Shown here in pieces: positions 58,347-64,000 of a DNA stretch of 64,000 nucleotides (positions are counted from its first letter, which is position 1; every line of letters starts with the position of its first letter). The DNA lies in the NCBI GenBank assembly GCA_965223415.1, contig OZ245002.1:1024001-1088000 (forward strand). The letters are read 5' to 3'. The notes under the pieces are model-generated. The model was not told where the DNA came from. It searched no databases and worked only from the letters and a program-made list of their open reading frames with translations. Made by a program: the position numbers and the translations under genes. This stretch comes from Myxococcota bacterium (GTDB lineage Bacteria; Myxococcota_A; UBA9160; UBA6930).

Positions 58347-59075
58347 CTAGAGACGAGCCTGCCCCCGGGGGGAGGCGCATGCCAGGCCCTGGAGTCGGAT
58401 GCTTGCGGCCTGCTTTGACACTGTGAAGCGCCGCGCGACCTCTTCGACCAGCTTCTTGAGCCCCTCCGAATCCGGCTCGAGGGGCAGGGACAAGGTGAGC
58501 CGCTCGGACTCTTGCTCGACCACGGTCAGCATTGTGGGCTTCGGCATCAGCAAGGAGCCGATCGCCTTGTTCGCCTGGACCTCCCGCCAGTCGCTGCCGC
58601 CGCTGTAGCCGACGTCGCGCTTCAGGCACCGCATCAGCTGGGGTGTGTTCGGGCGGTGCCCCGTCTCCGAGCTGTTGAACAAGCCGCGCTGCATCTCATC
58701 GAGCTCGTAGAGAATGCGGTGCAGCAGCGCGTGGCCGATCTCGTGTGCCACGGTCGCGCGCCACCGTCCTTTCGTTCCGCCGGTAGCGTCGTCGGCATCG
58801 AAGGCCCCCGTAAGATCGCGGTTGATCTCGATGCGCGGCGGCTTGCCAGAGCAGAAGTGGGTCACGCCGAGCACGTCGGGATCGAGATCCGCGTGCTGGT
58901 CAAAGGGGAAGCGCAGATGGCGTTCGATCAGCCGCTCCAGATCGACCGTCACGTCGTTGGAGTTGGGGTCCGGCATGAGGCTCGCCTTGTCGAGCTCATC
59001 GACCATGATCTGGTCGATCTCGGAGGGCTCGTACCAGAGCTTCCGCTCCCTGCCGGGGGCTCTGTACTCTCTCAT
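58347..59075 (-). CDS. ImmA/IrrE-family Zn metallopeptidase
   Basis: RWRATVAHEIGHALLH, EVQAN...LLMP, FTVSKQAASIRL. Confidence 0.9.
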   Translation of the reverse strand: MREYRAPGRERKLWYEPSEIDQIMVDELDKASLMPDPNSNDVTVDLERLIERHLRFPFDQHADLDPDVLGVTHFCSGKPPRIEINRDLTGAFDADDATGGTKGRWRATVAHEIGHALLHRILYELDEMQRGLFNSSETGHRPNTPQLMRCLKRDVGYSGGSDWREVQANKAIGSLLMPKPTMLTVVEQESERLTLSLPLEPDSEGLKKLVEEVARRFTVSKQAASIRLQGLACASPRGQARL

Positions 59076-59440
59076 TTCGACTTCTTCTCTCTATCCCTCG
59101 CGAGCTGTTCGACTTTCTTCTCGAGCTTTCCGAGCTCTTCTGGTGACAACTTGCTCTCGGAGACCTTGCGAAACAGAGTTACGGCCTGCGGGACGTTTTC
59201 CACGTACTTCTCGGTTACCTCGTAGACCTTGCCTGCTTGCACCATTAGATCATCGAAATCGAGGCGTAGGTGCTTCGCCAAGGAGCGGAGCAACTCCTCA
59301 GATGGCACGCGGCGATCGTTTTCGATGTCACTTAGGTGTGTCGGAGAGATGCTGAGCAACTTGGCCAGCTCCCGTAGACCGTAGTCGGTCGTCTCGACGC
59401 GCGCGGTGTGTAGGCGAGCGCCTAAACTTGCTTTCGGCAC
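59072..59440 (-). CDS. XRE-family HTH regulator
   Basis: LRELAKLLSISPTHLSDIENDRRVPS; ATGA overlap with the peptidase gene. Confidence 0.9.
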   Translation of the reverse strand: MPKASLGARLHTARVETTDYGLRELAKLLSISPTHLSDIENDRRVPSEELLRSLAKHLRLDFDDLMVQAGKVYEVTEKYVENVPQAVTLFRKVSESKLSPEELGKLEKKVEQLARDREKKSK

Positions 59441-59605
59441 TGGGACCTCTTTCGTTCGCTTGTCAGCGTACAGGTGCTCGCTCAGGGTTGCAACGAACGG
59501 GCCTGGGGGCCCCAGTTCGGCTGGGCAATCTCAGCCGCAACTTCGGCGAGGCCGCCGCGACCACTGGTCTCCCCTGGGGGAATCGAGTGAGTTACGTATC
59601 CTTAC

Positions 59606-60274
59606 GTGGCTTTGGCCTACACCAAGCGAATAGTCTGTTTGGCGAAATCGAAGAAGCTGGGCGCCACTTGCGTCGCGGGGCTTGAGTGGAACGGAACTGC
59701 TCGAGGCGAGTGGATCCGGCCGGTGGGAGACCGGCCTTCCGAGGCGATCGTGGACGAGGAGATGGACTTCGAGGGTGGCGGGCAGGCTTCGCTCCTCGAC
59801 GTCGTCGAGATCGACTTCCTTGAACATCGGCCGCACGCTTGCCAGACCGAGAATCACCTGATCACCGACGATCATTGGTGGAGAAAGGTGGGTGAGCTGA
59901 GCCCGCGGAAGCTACGGCGACTCGCCGACCAGCCGCCAGACCTCTGGGGAACGGACAACCACGGCTATATCCGGGATCGAATTCCAATCGCGGAAGCAGA
60001 CGCTCTACCGTCATCGCTGCTGCTTGTTCGGCTCGAGTCGCCAAGCGTCGAGGTGCGACGATGGCCTGAGCGGACCACTGTGCGCGTGGACTTCGACTAC
60101 AACGGCGTTCACTACAATATGGCGGTGACGGATCGGGCCTTCAAGAAGCGTTTCGTAGCAAAGGGTGCCGGTGACTACCCCCTCGCGACCGAGACGTATG
60201 CCTGTCTCTCATTGGGTGAACCGAACGACGGGTACCGCTTCAAGCTGGCGGCCGCCGTTTTCGAGTTGGACTAA
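59606..60274 (+). CDS. Dual OB-fold domain protein
   Basis: KRIVCLAKSKK...CVAG...WIRPV, LLDVVEI, QTEN, YNMAVTD, CLSLGEP, KLAAAV. Confidence 0.75.
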   Translation: MALAYTKRIVCLAKSKKLGATCVAGLEWNGTARGEWIRPVGDRPSEAIVDEEMDFEGGGQASLLDVVEIDFLEHRPHACQTENHLITDDHWWRKVGELSPRKLRRLADQPPDLWGTDNHGYIRDRIPIAEADALPSSLLLVRLESPSVEVRRWPERTTVRVDFDYNGVHYNMAVTDRAFKKRFVAKGAGDYPLATETYACLSLGEPNDGYRFKLAAAVFELD

Positions 60275-60279
60275 CGGCG

Positions 60280-60906
60280 ATGCCGAGAGATTTGTTCACG
60301 ATTGGCCACTCCTCGCACCCGTTGCCCACCTTCCTAGGGCTTCTGAAGGAACATGGCATTGAGGTGGTGTGTGATGTGCGCTCAAGTCCCTACAGCGGCC
60401 GAAATCCCCAATTCAATCGCGATGCGCTCCAGAAGGACTTGGCAGCACGGTTCGTGAAGTACGTATTTCTTGGCAATGAACTCGGAGCTCGCAGCGAAGA
60501 CCCAAGCTGTTACGTCGATGGTCAGGCTCGCTACGAGCGAATCGCCAAGACGGCGATCTTCCAGTCGGGTCTCGAGAGAGTGCTCAAGGGTGTCGAGTCC
60601 TTCCGAGTCGCACTGATGTGCGCAGAGGCTGATCCGCTCACCTGTCACCGCACGATCTTGGTTTGCCGGGAGTTGAGAAACTCACGCCTCTCGATTGCGC
60701 ATGTTCTCTCCAATGGAAAGCTCGAATCCCACGCAGACGCTGAAGACCGGTTGCTCCGCATGACCAAGCTTGAAAACGGCGACTTGTTCCGCGGGCGTTC
60801 TGAGCTTCTCGACGAGGCCTACGGTGTTCAGGGGAGAAAGATTGCCTATAGGCGTCCTACGGACGGGACGAGAGCCTCTCACCCGCGCTCCGAGGTGCTC
60901 CGGTGA
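60280..60906 (+). CDS. DUF488-family protein
   Basis: FTIGHS, DVRSSPYS, PQFN, ELGAR, LMCAEADPLTCHR. Confidence 0.9.
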   Translation: MPRDLFTIGHSSHPLPTFLGLLKEHGIEVVCDVRSSPYSGRNPQFNRDALQKDLAARFVKYVFLGNELGARSEDPSCYVDGQARYERIAKTAIFQSGLERVLKGVESFRVALMCAEADPLTCHRTILVCRELRNSRLSIAHVLSNGKLESHADAEDRLLRMTKLENGDLFRGRSELLDEAYGVQGRKIAYRRPTDGTRASHPRSEVLR

Positions 60907-61343
60907 AGGTGTTCTCGATCGGGTTCACGAAGACGACGGCAGAGAGGTTCTTCGGGCGGCTCGCCGATGCGGGTGTTCGTAGAGTGATTGACGTCAGGCT
61001 CAACAACAGGTCCCAGCTCGCGGGCTTCGCGAAGCGAGACGACCTCAAGTTCTTTCTGATGGCCTTGGGCGACATCCAGTACGTCCACGAACCGATGCTC
61101 GCTCCTACGCAGGACATCCTGGACGCGCTCAAGAAGCACAAGGGTCAATGGGAAGACTATGAGCGGGCGTTTCTTGCGCTGATGCGTGAGCGGCGGATTG
61201 AAGAGAAGCTAGAAGCGAGTCTATTCGACCGCGCGTGCCTTCTTTGCAGCGAGGACCAGCCGCACCACTGCCATCGCCGGCTCGTTCTTGAATACCTTGC
61301 TGAGGCGTGGCCTGAAGCCGACCTGGAAGTGCTCCACCTCTAG
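60903..61343 (+). CDS. DUF488-family protein (second paralogue)
   Basis: SIGFT, IDVRLNNRSQLAGFAK, LAPT, LLCSEDQPHHCHRRLV; GTGA overlap. Confidence 0.9.
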   Translation: MKVFSIGFTKTTAERFFGRLADAGVRRVIDVRLNNRSQLAGFAKRDDLKFFLMALGDIQYVHEPMLAPTQDILDALKKHKGQWEDYERAFLALMRERRIEEKLEASLFDRACLLCSEDQPHHCHRRLVLEYLAEAWPEADLEVLHL

Positions 61344-61425
61344 GTGCTCTTGTTCGGCACGCCGGCGCGGACCTTCTCTCCGTGCGCCAATCGGGACGCG
61401 GGTCTACCTCTGTTGGACGCATCAA

Positions 61426-61760
61426 GTGGGTGAGCCGAAGCTGCACCACTACGTGCCCCGCTTCTATCTTCGGCGGTTCGCTGATCCCTCGGGACGTCTG
61501 TGGCTATGGGACCGACATGAGGACCGCATCTTCGCCGCTAGTCCAAACAACGTCGCAGCAGAAAGGCACTTCTATCGTCTAACAGAATTGGTTCAGCAAG
61601 GTCTCGACCCGCTCACGATGGAGAAACAGTTCTCCGATCTCGAGGGCGAGGTTGCGCGAATCTCGAATCAGTGGTTGGACTGGCTGCGGCACATGGAGCC
61701 GAGAGAGAAGATCGAGATCCCCTCAGCGAATCGGGAAATCCTCTCGCTGTACATCGCCCT
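61426..61760 (+). pseudogene. DUF4238-family protein truncated by an IS21 end
   Basis: HHYVPRFYLRRF, AERHFY, EKQFSDLE; the frame runs into IS terminal repeats at about 61760. Confidence 0.75.
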
Positions 61761-62604
61761 CGGTGATCACCTCAAAGCCGGCCATATGTGAACGTCTCAA
61801 AGCCGGCCATAGGTGACTGCCCAGGAGGTGTTCTTCTACCGCGCCGCGGGCTCCTTCTGCAAGGCCGTTCCCTTTCGTGTGCGCCAGCTCCGGGGTCCGC
61901 ATTTGAGGATGTGTCCGTGGTGGAGGAGTCGATCGAGCATCGCGGTCACGGCCGCCGTGTCGCCGAGGAGGCGGCCCCAGTCGTCCACGGGCCGGTTCGA
62001 GGTGACGAGGGTGCTGGCGCGCTCGTAGCGGCGCATGATGAGCTCGAGGAGATCCTCGGCGGCCGTGGTGGGGAGCTTTCTCATGCCGAGGTCGTCGAGG
62101 AGGAGCAGCGGCACGCTGGCCATCTCGGTGAGGTAGCTCTTGCGCTCGCCGTCGAGCGTGGCATCGGCGAGCTCTTCGAGCAGCACGTGCACCTCGCGGT
62201 AGGCGGCGCGGTGGCCCTGGTGGATCGCAGCGAGGCCAATGGCCTGGGCCAGGTGGCTCTTGCCGCTGCCCGGCGGGCCAAGAAGGACCGCGTCCTCCGC
62301 GCGCGTGACGAAGCGTCCGGTGGCGAGCTCGAAGACGAGGGCGCGATCGATCTTCGGGTTGAAGGCGAAGTCGAAGCCGTCGAGGGTCTTGTGGGCATCG
62401 CGGAAGCGGGCCTGTTTGATGCGGCGCGCGAGCAGGCGATCCTGGCGCCGCTGGAGCTCGTCCTGGACCAGGGCGGAGAGGAGATCGATCGGGGGCCACT
62501 GGCTCTTCTGGGCCTCGAGCAGACGCATCTCCAGATGCTCGGCCATGCCCGAGAGGCGAAGCTTGCGGAGCGCCGGGTCGAGCTCGGTCATCTTCACGAG
62601 GGGT
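61760..62604 (-). mobile_element. IS21-family element, type C, partial (one end + istB; interrupted by type B copy 2)
   Basis: Tandem ~25-bp terminal repeats GTGATCACCTCAAAGCCGGCCATAT / GTGAACGTCTCAAAGCCGGCCATAG (61763-61812); exact end uncertain. Confidence 0.8.
61836..62591 (-). CDS. istB: IS21 IstB ATPase (third type)
   Basis: GPPGSGKSH, LLLDDLG, TSNR, MLDRLLHH. Confidence 0.93.
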   Translation of the reverse strand: MTELDPALRKLRLSGMAEHLEMRLLEAQKSQWPPIDLLSALVQDELQRRQDRLLARRIKQARFRDAHKTLDGFDFAFNPKIDRALVFELATGRFVTRAEDAVLLGPPGSGKSHLAQAIGLAAIHQGHRAAYREVHVLLEELADATLDGERKSYLTEMASVPLLLLDDLGMRKLPTTAAEDLLELIMRRYERASTLVTSNRPVDDWGRLLGDTAAVTAMLDRLLHHGHILKCGPRSWRTRKGTALQKEPAAR

Positions 62605-62687
62605 TGTCGCAGGACGTGATATTCGAGGGCTAAGAGGACACGTAGATTTGCGCACCTCCTGTTGAGCCGCTGCGCGGCACGTTCCCC

Positions 62688-63974
62688 GTGAGGGAGGGGG
62701 GCGTGGGGCAGCGGCGACTGAGGCAGGAGGAAGTGATGACGATCGAAGTGCTGCACGAGCGGGGGTGCTCGAACCGGGAGATCGCCCGCCAGCTGGGGAT
62801 CCGGGAGAGCGCGGTGCGCTACCGGCTGAAGCGGCTGGCGGAGGGGGCGCGAGACGGCCGGAGCGGGAAGCCCTTCCTGGCCGAGGCGGTCCACGAGGTG
62901 ATCGCGGAGTGGCTGGAGGCGAGCTCGGGAGGCCGTGGCGTGAACCTGCAGGAGCTTCACGAGTTCCTGGTGGAGGAGCACGGGTACACGGGGAGCTCCA
63001 AGAGCGTGCAGCGGTACGTGCGGGCCCGGTTCCCGAGACCGAAGGTGCGGAGCCGGCGTCGGGTGGAGACACCGCCCGGGGCGCAGGGTCAGGTGGACTG
63101 GGGCGAGTTTCCGGGCGTGCGGATCGGGGGCCAGGAGGTGGACCTGCATGCCTTCCACCTGGTGCTCTCGCACTCGCGGCGAGAAGCGGTGGTGTGGTCG
63201 GAGCGGGCGGACACGCTGGCGTGGCTGGACGTGCACAACCGGGCCTTCGAGCGGCTGGGCGGGGTGCCGGCGGTGCTGCGGGTCGACAACGTGAAGACAG
63301 CGGTGGCGAAGGGGGCGGGGCCATGGGGGACGGTGAACCCGGCTTACGCGAGCTATGCCGGGGCCCTTCGCTTCCACGTGGACGCCACCCGTCCCCGCCA
63401 GCCGCAGGAGAAGGGGAAGGTGGAGCGTCGGATCCTGGGGCACCGGCGGGGCTTCGATCCGCGTCGGCGGGAGCACGAGAGCCTGGAGTCGCTGCAAGCG
63501 TGGACGGACGGCCAGGTGGCGCGCTCGAGCCACCGGCGGCAGTGCCCGGCGACGGGCACGACGGTCTTCCAGGCGTGGGAGGCGGAGAAGCCCCATCTCG
63601 GGGCCCTGCCCGAGCGGCTTCCCGAGCCCTTCGACCTGGCCGTGATGCGACGTGTCGGGCGCGACGCCACGGTGCGCTTCGAGGGGCGTACCTACAGCGT
63701 CCCCTTCCGCTTCGTCGAGCAGAGCGTCGAGGTGCGCGGCTGCGCCCGGCAGGTGCAGGTCTGGGCCGAGGGCTCGGTGGTGGCCGCGCACCCGCGCCAC
63801 ACGCGAAGCCGCCTGCTGCTGGACCCGAGCCACTACGAGGGGCCGAGCACGGAGGGGGTGGAGGCGCCCGTACCGCTCGGGCGCATGGGTCGACGCCTCC
63901 AGGAGCTGTGGGCGATGGAGCCGGAGCAGCGGCCGATCGACCTCTATGCCGATCTGGCGGAGGTGGCGCGATGA
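62688..63974 (+). CDS. istA: IS21 IstA transposase
   Basis: 428-aa translation identical to 55368..56654. Confidence 0.95.
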   Translation: MREGGVGQRRLRQEEVMTIEVLHERGCSNREIARQLGIRESAVRYRLKRLAEGARDGRSGKPFLAEAVHEVIAEWLEASSGGRGVNLQELHEFLVEEHGYTGSSKSVQRYVRARFPRPKVRSRRRVETPPGAQGQVDWGEFPGVRIGGQEVDLHAFHLVLSHSRREAVVWSERADTLAWLDVHNRAFERLGGVPAVLRVDNVKTAVAKGAGPWGTVNPAYASYAGALRFHVDATRPRQPQEKGKVERRILGHRRGFDPRRREHESLESLQAWTDGQVARSSHRRQCPATGTTVFQAWEAEKPHLGALPERLPEPFDLAVMRRVGRDATVRFEGRTYSVPFRFVEQSVEVRGCARQVQVWAEGSVVAAHPRHTRSRLLLDPSHYEGPSTEGVEAPVPLGRMGRRLQELWAMEPEQRPIDLYADLAEVAR

Positions 63975-64000
63975 CGGCGGGAAACCCGGTGCCCAAGAAG
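63971..64000 (+). CDS. istB: IS21 IstB, first codons only
   Basis: ATG ACG GCG GGA AAC CCG GTG CCC AAG AAG = start of the copy 1 IstB. Confidence 0.9.
   Translation, partial: MTAGNPVPKK

Larger units (their letters stand above)
62605..64000 (+). mobile_element. IS21-family type B, copy 2 (inverted relative to copy 1; runs off window)
   Basis: Begins TGTCGCAGGACGTGATATTCGAGG, the reverse complement of the copy 1 end; IstA translation identical. Confidence 0.95.

Noticed and set aside
61763..61816. Tandem 25-bp repeat as CRISPR or iteron
   Set aside because: Lies just downstream of istB; best explained as an IS21 end.
1..64000. tRNA, rRNA or integrase marking the island boundary
   Set aside because: None recognisable by eye; tRNAscan-SE/Infernal would be needed to exclude them.

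Overview
High-GC bacterial DNA, plausibly from a Myxococcota/deltaproteobacterial-type genome (inference from gene content). About 1-41 kb is core metabolic DNA: an acyclic-terpene-utilisation (Atu)-like biotin carboxylase cluster with many acyl-CoA dehydrogenases, enoyl-CoA hydratases and nitronate-monooxygenase paralogues; a PEP-CTERM protein and an exosortase/EpsI locus; and a probable selenoprotein split by an in-frame UGA in a W-U-P-P-C motif (29234-30391, minus). From about 41 kb the DNA is visibly lower in GC and decayed: many gene scraps, three different IS21-family elements (one in two identical inverted copies) and an IS481 remnant interrupted by a three-gene cassette flanked by 17-bp direct repeats. 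Between the two inverted IS21 copies (56738-62604) lies the most interesting part, a divergent candidate defence island. One arm is HTH + ImmA/IrrE metallopeptidase + ubiquitin-like protein ending in -TDKS + ThiF/E1 fusion + IS-truncated DUF6527 (a bacterial ubiquitination-like module). The other arm is dual-OB + two DUF488 proteins + truncated DUF4238. All family assignments come from motif recognition by eye; no database searches were run.
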